From Oikopleura dioica (Eukaryota > Animalia > Chordata): a DNA stretch of 64,000 nucleotides. Positions 1 through 11,900 of this stretch are shown one piece after another (within the stretch, counting starts at the first letter, position 1; each line of letters begins with the position of its first letter). A program made the position numbers and the translations under genes. The DNA is taken from assembly GCA_907165135.1 (NCBI GenBank), contig OU015566.1:4588001-4652000 (forward strand), read 5' to 3'. Below the pieces are notes generated by a model. It was not told the DNA's origin. It was given only the letters and a program-made list of their open reading frames with translations, and made no database searches.

Positions 1-730
1 TCGTCATTTGTCTGGTCTTCTGTTTCCATTCTCAAGAATTTAATTTTTTTAATTAAAAAAAATTGATTTTTTTTTAGATGAACCACAGATAAATATTTCT
101 CTTTTGAAGATATTTCAGATTTTCAAAAATATTGAGATTTATCAAGATTTGGAAAATTAGCTCTTTCTCTCTTGAGAAATTCCCACCGCTCGGGGAGGAG
201 CGCGCCGCGCGGAGGACCTCGCGCGCTGGAAGACGAGACTAAAAAATGCTTTTTTTCTAGAGAAATAAAGAAGCATGTGTTTTTCTTGTTGTTGTTTATT
301 GAATTGGTTATTCTGACGATAAATTTGTGTAGACAGCTATTCCTACAATCATGATGAGGAAGATAATGACAACTAGCAGGAATTGAAAGTTTTTCGCGCT
401 GTCTTCAAAAGAGGTTGAAATATTATTCCACTTGATTTTGAGCAGAAAGATTATTTGATTAAAGCTTTATTGACGTGTCTTTTCGTAATAATTTTCGGAC
501 TCGAAGTGTTATGATGATAAATAACAATAATTTTTGTTTAAAATTTGTAATGCCACATTTTTGCTCTGTTAAAATCAACTGAGAATAAATTCATAATTTC
601 CTTCATCGAGAATGAGGATTTCTATGTGAAATCACCATTCTCGATAAAAGAGCTTACGGGTGCTCATGAGCGCGCTCAAAAAGCGCTCAAACTCGCTGTT
701 TTTTCTTATGATAACGAAATTTCCTCTTAA

Positions 731-1131
731 GGGGGGTAGAACTAGGTTTTGCGAAAAACCGTGATTTTCGTAAGGCATTTTAAATAAGAAAAATCTATTT
801 TTACTTATGATCACGCAATTTCCTAAAAAATGTTGCTAAATAATGGGTAATACTAACTTAACATGAGATTTAAAAAGTTTAGCTAGTTACGTGAGTCGAG
901 AAATTTGAGGACGCGAATACGCTAAAATTGCTATTTTCGAAGAGGTGGGCTGATGTTTCGCTCTCTAGCGCCAAAATGTGTTGACGAAAAAAAAATTTAA
1001 GAAAAATATTGTTAGATCTAAGTTTGTTCTATCTTCAGCCGAAGAGAGAATTTGAAAATCTAAGCTCTCCTAGCTTTGAGCGCCGGTCTAGAATCGGCTT
1101 TTTTCGAAAAACCTACAGTAGTTCTACCCCC
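731..1131. mobile_element. MITE-like element with GGGGGGTAGAACT...AGTTCTACCCCC termini flanked by TTAA
   Basis: ttaa|ggggggtagaact at 727-743 and agttctaccccc|ttaa at ~1120-1135. The right ~250 nt are repeated again in tandem at ~1190-1434. Confidence 0.65.
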
Positions 1132-1719
1132 TTAAATGTTGCTAGAAAAAGTATTCAACTATCTTTAAATGGATTCTAAAAATTTGGCAAGTCATATGAC
1201 TCGAGAAATTTGAGGACGCGAATGGGCTAAAATCGTTATTTTTGAAGAGATGGGTTGACATTTTGCTCTCTTCCGCAAAAATCTGTTGACGAAAAAATTT
1301 TTAAGAAAAATGTTGTTAGATCTACGTTTGCTCTTTCTTCAGCCGAAGAGAAAATTTGAATGTCTAAGCTCATCTGGCTTTGAGCGCCAGTCTAGAATTG
1401 GCTATTTTCGAAAAATCAAGTTCTACCCCCTTTAGGCCCTTATTGTTAGAAAATTACGCTTCTCAGCAAAATACATCGCATTTTCCACCATCCGCTGACT
1501 AAATTTTCGTCGTTCAAATTTCAACCCGCTTATTTTCGAGAGCTACAGAAGTTCAAACCAAATTTTTGCGGTAATTAATTCTCACATGTTGTTTTGAATT
1601 TCCATCTGCCGGTTCTGCATTTGTCTCTTTCCCAACGAATTCGCTTGTGAATTATTCCATCTGCCGGTCTTATAAAATCAGATTTAAGCTCACTCACAAT
1701 TCATCAAAACAAAAAAAAA

Positions 1720-2337
1720 ATGAAGGTTTTTGTCGGACTCGTTCTCGCCGTCCAGGCCAACGTCAGATCCAGCAACATCTGCAAGTGGGAATGCGACAAA
1801 GCCCACGAAGCCGATCTCGAAGCCTGCGTTCCCTCATCGACGACCACGATGCTTACCACCAATGCCGAGTCGAAGCGGACGAGAAGCAGAAGGTTTGCAC
1901 CGATCCCTGCGGCGACTGCCACAAAAACTGCAACGTCGCGCACCACGAAGACAAGCTCAAGTGCGATCAAATTCAAAACCACCAGGAACACCAGAAGTGC
2001 ATGAAAGAGGCCAACAACGCCCACCACGCTTGCAACGACAAGTGCCACTGCATCGACTCCTGCGAGCATCGATACGTCACCGAGCACAACAGATGCGATG
2101 TAAGTTACGAAAGCTTTGTTTTATTTCCATCCCCTTTTTCAGGCGATCGATAACGACCCCGCCCTGGAGCAGCTTTGCCGAGACAACGCCTGGGAACTCC
2201 TCGATAACTGCATGAAGAGCAACTGCGGACAACCAGCGACGACTACCAGCTTTCCAACAACCACCCAGCCAACCACCACCACCACTGGAGAAGGAAGCGG
2301 AGACATGTGGTTCGAAGAAGAACCGCTCTTTTTGTAA
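1720..2337 (+). CDS. Secreted Cys/His-rich repeat protein with Thr-rich tail; one apparent 1-nt frameshift
   Basis: Signal-like MKVFVGLVLAVQA. Three C-x3-C-x10-C units (CKWECDKAHEADLEAC, CHKNCNVAHHEDKLKC, CIDSCEHRYVTEHNRC). GT-AG intron ~2100-2142. The frame switches at ~1827 (tgcgttccctc where tgc cgt tcc ctc would keep the frame). Confidence 0.7.
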
Positions 2338-2549
2338 ACTGATTTTTGGATGCTGCATCTGATCTTTTTCAATATTTTGAAATAAAAAAGTAAAAAATAC
2401 ATTCATCAAAATGTTTTTCTCCATAAAAAATCAAGAAAGAAAATGATTTTTGCAATTTTTTTATTCGAAATAAAAGTTTTTTCTTGAAAAGTTGTCGTTC
2501 AATTTTCACCCTGCGAGAATCAACATCTGCTTTTTGACATCATTAAAGA

Positions 2550-3420
2550 TGGGAATTTACACAGAGCAGAAAAAGAGATTGACACTGTATTTACTCAACG
2601 CTGCTATAATCGAGGTCATCCATGTTGTCATCGGCACAGTATTCATCGCAGTCGTTCCCGCAGTCGTCATTGTCCTCAGATTCTTCGCAGTCGCCTTCAA
2701 GAAAGGCCATTTGTTGCTCCAAATCTTAAAAGTTCACCGACAAGTCTCGAGAAAACAAACCTTGTAAATAAGCAATTTCATCTCTTGTCAAAGCGAATTC
2801 AATTTCACTCTCGTCTTCTGAGCCACCGCTGCACTCTTCGATATCAATGCTGATTCGCTCGTAACATTGGAACATTCCATTTATCTGCCGCTCTGCTTCT
2901 TCAATTTCTTCGTCCTCAAAATCACCAAGATCCTCTTCGTCTTCGTCATCGTCTCCTCCATCGTCGTCATCGTCGAAGTCGTCAACGTCGTTTGCTTGAT
3001 CGAGCTCAGCTGTAACATCTGAATGAGAAAAAAAATGAAAGACAAAATCTTCAAAAATATTTTCTTCCAAGAAATTTTTTTCCCATTTGTTCTACAAATT
3101 TTCCGTCTTCAATCATTTTATTGAAGACAACCAGGACAAAGAAGCTACCGAAAATTTTAATAAGAAGATTACCGAGTATGTTTTCGCCAAATTGAAAACC
3201 TTGACCGGCATCGATCGAAATCACACCAAAATTTTTCTCTGATGATTTATTCGAAAATCGATTATCATATTCTTTGAATAAAAATTACCTGCATCATCAC
3301 CATTTGGAGATCCGCCATCATCATCATCATCAGAAGAGCTTCCATCGTCCTAGAAAAGCCTGAACAAAAAACCGTCAATGAAGTACCTCTTCCTCGTCAT
3401 CGTCATTACGGAGCTCCGGA
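2550..3420 (-). CDS. Multi-exon highly acidic protein of unknown function
   Basis: Asp/Glu-rich exons (2726-3020 ORF; 2550-2725 exon ...DDLDYSSVE*) joined by short introns. The 5' structure is uncertain. Confidence 0.45.
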
Positions 3421-3830
3421 ACCTGTGTCCAAACCCTGAGTAAGGGCGTGAAAAACGAAGCCGCAATGATGAAAACGGCTACTTTGGAGAAGCGGAGTTT
3501 AGTTTAGTTTAGTTTACTGAAAACTAAACCGCAACCTTTCTCTCGCCTAAGGGCTGGGCTCGGCAACCTGTGTAGAAAACCTGAGTCAGGGTCTGAAAGA
3601 ACTAAAATGAGAGCGGCGCAGCGGCTTTTTAAAAACGAAGCCGCTGCGCGGCTTCGGGAATACTACCAATAAAATCTATAAATAATTCTAGCGAAGCCGC
3701 TTCGCGGCTTCGTTTTCAAAAGCCGCTGCGCGGCTTTTCATTAAAGTTCTTTCAGACCCTGATTCAGGTTTTCTCCACAGTTTGCCGAGCCAAGCCTCAG
3801 GGTTCTCAGACCCTGACTCAGGCTAAGATA
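3420..3830. repeat. Dispersed repeat family carrying ccctgagtcaggg / gaagccgc..gcggcttc palindromes
   Basis: The same motifs recur at ~10790-11036, ~27460-27490, ~33210-33255 and ~39860-39970. Confidence 0.6.
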
Positions 3831-5771
3831 CAGGTTCTTGAACTCATCGTCGTTATCCCGATCTTTCTTCATGAAAAGAACTTCCTCTTCATCAGAAAAC
3901 TCTTTTTCTCGACAAAATCTCTGCATATGAATCATATCTTCATAACTCTGCTCCGAGGGCGTCCTATATCGACAGAGAAAAAATACTTGAGACTGATGAA
4001 AATTTCGCCAAAGCATTTTTTCAGTTTCATTCAATTTCGAGGGCTAAAATGGCGAGTTTCATTTCCAAATCTTGGACAATGCAATTTTCAATTTTCCAAA
4101 GAATGGATAAACGCACGGATTATTTTTAAAACGACTGTATTTTCTTCAGCAGAAACGAGGCGGCCTCTTCTAAAGCGGTATTCGTAAGTCAGGGGCGTTG
4201 TGGAGAGATAAGAAGAGGAAAATTATGTTATCTAAGCACCAAAGCGTATTCTGTTTGCGAAAATGTCTTATCGCGTTTCCGCTTTTAATTTTGACGAGCA
4301 CTCGTTTGAGTATAACTTTCAAGGAAATATGATGTGGATGGCTTTAGGGGTATTTTTATCAAAAAGTATCAATGACTGCAGATTTCCTTTTTTTATCGCA
4401 GTGACACCCTTATTCTAATTTTGTTGTTTGATTTTTCTTTGAAATAATTGACTAAAAACTTTTTAATTTTACAGAAATTTGACAGAATTCCAAATCATAA
4501 ATTTTTTCTTATCGTAGTGACACCCTTATTCTCGTGATGGTGGCATCTCGCGACAAAACTCAACAAATCAAATCAAGACAACAAGTTTTTACTAAAATTT
4601 GACCAAGATTTTGGTCAATTTTGTCACAATTTTTGTCGATTTGTGCCATCATTTCGATAATAAGGGTGTCACTACGATAAGAGAAGAAAATTTAAATGAT
4701 TAGGAATATTCTGCCAATTCCTAATCATTTTTAAATTCTGTCAAATTCGAGAGTTTTTATTCAATTATCCAATTATTTCTAAGAAAAATTGAACAAGAAA
4801 GTTCTTTGGCGCTTTTTTGAGAAGATTAAAGATCGTGTCATAATCTGGCGATTACACAGGTCGAACATTTTTCGCGAGGACGCGCTTCGAATCCCTCTTA
4901 ATTCCTCCTGGCATTAACCTCTTTCTAGGATCTAAAATATTTACGGTTCGCCTTTACGTAATCGTGATTTCGCGGCTTCTCGATTTCGGGAAAAGGCCTT
5001 TTCTTGACGATTTTTTCTAAAAAACGCTTCGTAAAAAATGGAGAAGATCTTCTTGAGCCGAGATGATCTGTCGGATGATCCGGTTCCGACAGTTATCTGA
5101 GACCTGGGCGCGTCATTCAGCAGAGGTCGTCTTCCGGAATGCGTTTCGGAAAGAGACACTTCGTCCCGCTCCTTCACATCAAGAACGGCGGCATCCAGGG
5201 AAGAGTGACAACACTTCTTCTCGTTTTAGAAATGATTATATAAAGTTAAAGTTAAGGGTATAGTAATCGCTCAGGCCTACTTTGAGCTTGAATTCCTCTG
5301 CACTTGTAAATAGTGAGAATGTCCTTCAGTGTTAGAATTTAAGATCTATCTTAGATCTTACTATTGACAAGAGCTTTTTAAAAATTCCTTCACTTTTGCC
5401 ACGTGAGGACCCCTCAAAATTGGCATCTCGGCCAAAATAGGCTATATAAACGGCCGAATTCCTCGAAATTTTACAATAAGGTCTAGAATCTTTTTAAGTG
5501 GATTATGTAGGTCAGACCCTTATCTTAAAATTGACAAGAGCTTTTTCAATTATTATTTTTTTAATTTAAAATTTCTTCTTATAAAAATTTAAAAGTTAAA
5601 ATGAGAACTCTTCGAACTTTCAAGCCGCAATATTTGAAAAATTAAATAATGAATGGATGGAAAATAAAAGTTCTTGAAGAATGAACTTGATTTGGCGAAA
5701 ATGGCAAAAATGTTGAGTCACTTATTCTAAAGAGGAACCCCTTCAAATCACGTGAACCCAGTAATGACGAA

Positions 5772-6347
5772 TTTCAATAAGGATTTCTGAGTGAAATCCT
5801 TACCCCCTTTTTATTGGCTCATCTGAAAAAGCGTAAAAATTACCCTAGTTGAGTCGGAAAGATTGGCGAATTTTCGAACTTATGACGTCATAGCACGTGA
5901 CGGAAGTTACGAAAGTACCAAACTTTGGACGCTTACCATTTTCATGTCGCTTGAGCTATCATGACATGCAATACATGAAAATGATCGTCTGATCGAGATC
6001 TTGGTGTGCATTTAGGTTTCATCCCTCGAAAAAATCTCATCCCTTTTATGAAAATCAGGTACTAGTGATAAAGGGTTGAAAAAATTTTGAAGGGATGAAA
6101 CCTAGATGCACGCATAGCTCTCGTCGCGACAATCATTTTCCACTATCACATGCCCTGATAGCTAAAGTGGATCGAAAATGCGGAGCGTCCAAAGTTTTGG
6201 TACTTTTGGAACTTTGGTCACGTACCATGACGTCATTTCGAGGGAAATTTCATCCTTTTTTGGGCGAATCTAAGATAACTTTTAACGCTCTTTCCAATGA
6301 GCCAATAAAAAGGGGGTAAGGTTTTCACTCAGAAATCCTTATTGAAA
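5772..6347. mobile_element. MITE-like element with ~60-nt terminal and additional internal inverted repeats
   Basis: tttcaataaggatttctgagtgaaa..ttacccccttttttattggctca at the left is mirrored at ~6290-6347. Internal arms gtaccaaactttggacgct / agcgtccaaagttttggtac. Confidence 0.65.
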
Positions 6348-7289
6348 AGTTATGTGTTTGTGGTGGCTTAGAGAGGATGCTTTATTCGCCAGCTTTGAAT
6401 AACTTTTGAGTGCCTCTGCGTGTGCTGCTCTTGAAATTTGAATTTCAACGCACACGTTTTTCATTTCAAAAAATGAAGTGGAAAATGAGCACAATTGCCA
6501 ATTCGTGGTCGATTTGTCATTTTACCTTTTGAAAGAAGCAAAATTGCAATTAGAAACTTCCTAGCTGAGAAACACCGCGGACAGTTTGATTTTGCTAAGC
6601 TGACGCGGCACCACGCAGATTGCAGAAAATTTTGCGTTTTGCAAATTTTATTAAATTTGAAGAGCAGTTATGCATATTTTGCAAAAACGAATTATGGAAT
6701 GAAAATGAAAAACGAAATTGATTTTCATTTTTCCCATTTTCGATATTTTCGAGAGGAAAAAATTGAGCCTTAATTTCGGGTCATAAAGAAAGAGCGCCCT
6801 CTGAGTCTTTCATGAACATGGCAAAACCAGCATTTACCGAATTTTGCGGTTGTTAATTAAAGTGCCCCTGACGCGCCCCACAAACATCAAGAGTATGCTC
6901 GCAAGGTGCTTCTATGAATTCGAAATGAGCCATTTTTTTGTGCTGTCACTCTCGCCCTTCCAATTACGAAGAGGAATTTTGCTTGCGAAAATAATCGCCA
7001 CTGTGGTTGGGGCGAAGCGATTTGGGATTTTTGGCGACGTTGATTTGTGTTTTTTTCTAAAAAGGGGCGCTAGAAAGAATTGTCAAAAACTTTCATCGGT
7101 ATCCTCTTCGGCCTGGGGTCGGCGCCGACCACCCTTTTTCGCTTTCAGATTGCCGAGTTCAGCTTTTTTATTTCCGCTAATTTTTATTTCCTCTCTCTAG
7201 ACTCAGGAATCCTCCATTTGCCTCTAGCCAAATTCAATATTGACTCTTTTTGCAAAGCCTCAAACAAGTTCAGAATCTGCCTAGAGAAA

Positions 7290-8539
7290 ATGCGAAAAGT
7301 GCTCGTCGATTGTGATCCCGGAGTTGATGACATCTGCGCGTTGCAATTTCTTTTCAATAGAAAGGATGTCGAAGTCGTGGCAATTACAGTTGTTCATGGA
7401 AATTGCGCTGCTTCAATTGGCGCGAAAAATGCTCTCAAACTTCTTACATTAAATAATTTGCAGGTAAACCCCAAAATCACGGCCTATTCGGGGATGTTGT
7501 CTTGAACCGACAAAAAAAATTCGACAAATTTTGCGTGGGCGGCTTCTTGGCTGCTGATTGGCGGGTTTGCCGAATCCAGGCTTCTAATTGGTTGAAAATT
7601 TCCACGTAAATTTTGTCGGTTTCAGACACCTCCCCCTTTTCGGCCTTTTTTCGATTCGAAAGCAAGAATTTTCAGGAAAAATTCCAGTTTTTGTCGGATC
7701 CGACGCTGTTTTGGTCGCTGAGAATCAAGATTGGAAGAAAACTCCTTTCCACGGGAAAAACGGGCTTTGCGACGTGACCGAAAACGATGTCGAAATCGAC
7801 GAATCCCTCATCAAGCCAAACGCCGTCCAGGGCATTTGTGACCTTTCCGCCGAATTCGAGGGCGAATTGGAAGTTCTAGCGATTGGGCCATTGACGAATC
7901 TGGCCCTTGCAATGACGCTCGATACAAATGTCGCGAAAAAGTGGAAGTCGTTGACGATTATGGGAGGAACGAGCTGGGGAAGTGGAAATACTACCGCCGC
8001 GGCCGAGTTTAATTTCTACCACGATCCAGAGGCGGCTGCTTCTGTTTTTGCGAAGATGCCGGCTTTGCTGGTTCCGAAAATCGTGACTTGGGAAACGACG
8101 CTCAAGGGACAATTTCTCGGGGAAAAGATCAATTTTCATCCTGACCAAAAAACGACAAAGGTGATTTTTCTTTTCGAAAACTCTTTCCTAATTTTTTCTA
8201 GGGAAAGTGGCTCTGGGAGCGCTGCAAAAAGATGGGGATCTTTTCAAAACCTCTTTTACCAACTTTTGCATTTGCGATTTCGCCGCCGCCGCAGTATTAG
8301 TCAACGAAAAAGTCATCAAGGCTTCAAGAATCGCCCCTGTTGCTGTTGCTACCCAGTTTGGCATTGCCCGAGGCGCGATGATCATCGACAACCGACCGGT
8401 GGAGGCGCAAGGGGTGCAAACTTCCAATGCTGGTTTTTCGAAAGCGATGATTATTGATGAAATCGATATGCAATTGGTTCATGAGATGGAGGGTGTAAAA
8501 TTGGAGATGAAAAAGTCTGCTAGACAAACTGTCTACTAG
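7290..8539 (+). CDS. Inosine-uridine preferring nucleoside hydrolase
   Basis: N-terminal DCDPGVDD motif, VHGN, LAIGPLTNLALA and GNTTAAAEFNFYHDPEAA. Introns ~7464-7675 and 8161-8200. A probable 1-nt frame discontinuity lies in the homopolymer run near 8230-8250. Confidence 0.9.
7490..7640. repeat. Dispersed ~150-nt ATTGG/CCAAT-rich repeat
   Basis: Near-identical copies at ~14615-14770 and, reversed, at ~16740-16890; the copies here and at ~16740 lie within gene spans. Confidence 0.7.
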
Positions 8540-8992
8540 ACATTTTCTGTTCACGCTTCTCAAATAAACAAATAATTCATGTTGAACGCCCTTTGAGAAT
8601 TTAGATGACAAATTTTCTTGACATTTTGATAAATAGTTTTTGTTGACAATGTCGACATTTTTTTCTTTGTCGGCACTTTGTCTAAATATCGACATTTTGT
8701 TGACAAATTTTACTGACAATTCTCGTTGACATTTTTGCTGACATTTTTCATTTGACATTTTCTGTTGACTATTTTCTTAAATATATTTTTCTAATATTCA
8801 TTTCTTAAAATCTGCTTTTGTTGACAATGTCGACATTTATATTTTTTGTTAGCAAATTGCATCATTCATAATTTATACCAGACAGTTTCTTGGGCCTTTA
8901 TCAAAAACATGAAAAAATTGTCTGAATTCTCAATTTTGATTATTTAATTTTTACAGTTGAATGTATATTTGTACAGATGGAGGAAACCGTTC

Positions 8993-11900
8993 TCAACTCT
9001 CCGAGGAGTCCTTCCTCACGATCGAATTTCCACTGTCTTTGGACGCGCTCGAATTCGACAAATCCTCACTTGAGTCGCGCTGCTTGATCTGCCGTGTTCC
9101 ATAAGTTTCGCAATAATCGCGAAATGCCGCTTCTTGCTTCAAAATCGATGAAACGCGAAACTGTACCAAATCGTCAGTAAGCCGAAAAGAATCAGGAGAA
9201 ACGCTCATTTTGGGTTGGAAAAGTAGCGAAAAAGGAGCTTAAAAATTTCACGTTTTTTGACCTCAAGACTGGCTTCTCCGACCGCGAAAAAGAAACAGAG
9301 TCGATTTTGAACTCCGCCAAGAAAGAAAAATAGAAGAAATGGAAAAGAATGACAAGTTCCGATTGCGGTGGAATGAGGCACGTGACGGTTAGAAAACGGA
9401 CGGAAATAATTTTTAAGCCGCGGTATTTCATCTTAATGTATTATTTGAAATAGCTTTCTTTTTCCAAACAACGATTAACACGTGACTACAAATTCGACAA
9501 TTGGACTTGCTATCGACAATTTTTGACGAAAAACACGGATTGTTGTCAATATTTTCTATTGTCAATATAAACATTTTCAATCGACAATGTCGACATATTT
9601 TGTTGACAATGCCGACATTTTGTGTAGACGATGTCGACATTTTTTGTTGATGATGTCGACATTTTCTGTTGTCAATGTCGACATTTTTGTTGACAATGCC
9701 GACATTTTTGTTGACAATGTCGACATTTTCTGTTGACAATGTCGAGATTTTCCGAATTTGTCGTTTTTCTCTGCAGTTTTGTCAGCATTGTTTTTTCGAC
9801 ATTTTCACGTAACAATCTCACGTGACAAAAACTCTTTTCCAACCCCATTCCTGAAGCAAATATAAACGGCAAGAGAAAGTCGCTCCTTTGCCTGATAAAA
9901 TCTACAAAAGTAGGAAGACATCCCACCGCGTGCATTCGCCGCCCCACCCTTCCAGATCGTTCTTCAAGAGCCAAACACACGTGCTGCTCAAAATAGCCTT
10001 CTTGGCCCACGTCAGCTTCGTTCAGGCAACACGAGTCGGGGTAAATTGGATTCGCGAAGTATCCTTTTGGCGAAGCTGCAAAATTAATTTAAAATTAACG
10101 AAATTTTTCTATGAAAAATTGAACTTTCAAAAGCCATCTTATTCGAAAAATAATTTCGAGCTCGAAAATTTTCGATTTTTCTTTTGAAAAAATTTTTTCG
10201 AAAATTTTCGATTTTTTTGAAAAATAAATTTTCTCGAAAATTTTCAATATTTCTTGAAAAATTAATTTTCCCGAAAATTTTCGCAAATTTTATTATTTTG
10301 AATTTGTCTGTCTAAGCAAAAACGATTCAAATCCTCTGACTCGAAAGCTGGATTTATTCGTTGGCGATAAGGCCTTCTGCATAAAAAAGAAGCAGTGGGC
10401 GTTATCTGTTACCTCAGCTGGGACGCGCTCCCAAGTCCAATCCTGATGATCCACCACGCCGCAGCAGCTCAGCTCGTTTTGAAGAATGTCTTGAAAGAAA
10501 ACGAAGTTACGAGAATTCATCATGATCTGTCAATTTTAGAAGAAGCCCTCTTTATTCTTAAATTAAGCAAGGGCACTTGAAAAAGAACGTCCGTGTCGTA
10601 GAACGTCTCGAGAGAAAGGGAGAGTGAGACAAATTGGATGGCAGAAACAAGAGTACGCTTCCGCCCTTTTGAATAACATAACCGGTCGGCGAGACATGGA
10701 AACGTAATCGACCTTCCAAAGCGAAAGATGATGAAACTAGAGAAAAATTTAAAGGGCCAAAACTCTCTCCAAAAGCCGCGTAGCGGTTCAAAATACGCTT
10801 TTGGCGTTATCGAAGGTAGTACCCTTAAGATGTTTCAAGACTTATCACGAATAGCCGCGTAGCGGCTTTTAAATCGAAGCCGCGAAGCGGCTTCGCCAGA
10901 TTATCAAAGGTAGCTATCTTTTGACTCTGGCGAAGCCGCTTCGCGGCTTCGTTTTTAAAAGCCGCTACGCGGCTTTTCGTGATAAGTCTTGAAACATCTT
11001 AAGGGTACTACCTTCGATAACGCCAAAAGCGTATTTCTGCTTTGAATTTTTCGTCTTTTTAAAGCAAAAATTGAAGGTGTACAAACTTATCTCCAAAAAC
11101 GTGACGGGTTAAATATTAGTGCCAAGCGACAAGTACGGGTTAATCGTAGAAATACGAGTGCCAGTCCGACGTGTGAATAGCATGTCAGACCTGTCTTTTC
11201 GCGTGTCTTTTCGTCCCTTAGACGCTTTACAAATATTTTGGCAGCCGAAAATTGGGCAATTTTAAATTCTAACGAAGCGTCTTTTTCTTACCAAAAGTAT
11301 GAATCTTCGAATGCGGCTCGTAGGTCGCCATGATCTTCCTGAAAATTTTGTGAAGATCTGCGATGTCTTCTTTTGTCTCCGGCGCGCTTTTGATCAAGAT
11401 GTTCCTGGTGACGGATTGCACCACTCCAGCGAATAGAAGAACGACTCCTTCGGCGACTAAAAGGGAGAATTGCAATTATGGACACTTAGTATCTAATTCA
11501 AAATTGTTTTGACATAACTAGGAGTTATTAATAGAGACGTTGTCATTTTCCGAAAGAAGGAGAGGAAAATAGAACGTGGCTATTGATTGTTATCGCGATG
11601 TTTTTGTACGTGTTGATGAAGGCTATTTTGGGTATAAAGAGGATTTATGTTTGAGGAGCCTTAGGCTGATAGTATCAGCCGATAAGATACAATATACAAT
11701 TCTTGATTTTCTTATCAGCAGATATTTACATACAGTACTTTTAGAAAACAGTATATCTACAGCCGTAAACATCCAAAAAATCGACAAAAATACGATAATT
11801 TTGTCAAAAATGAAGATTAAAAAAAGGCCAATCAGATTGCCTTATTCGACTGAAAGGCAAATCAGATTGCGTTATTCGGCTAGGGGCCAATCAGATTGCC

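Noticed and set aside
3022-3092. Non-canonical GA-AG intron
   Set aside because: It restores a plausible frame and would fit a larvacean host, but the upstream exon structure is too uncertain to report as a feature.
4941-5177. bZIP-like basic region (SRNREAAKSRLRK)
   Set aside because: One residue short of the N-x7-R spacing, and no leucine-zipper exon could be joined.
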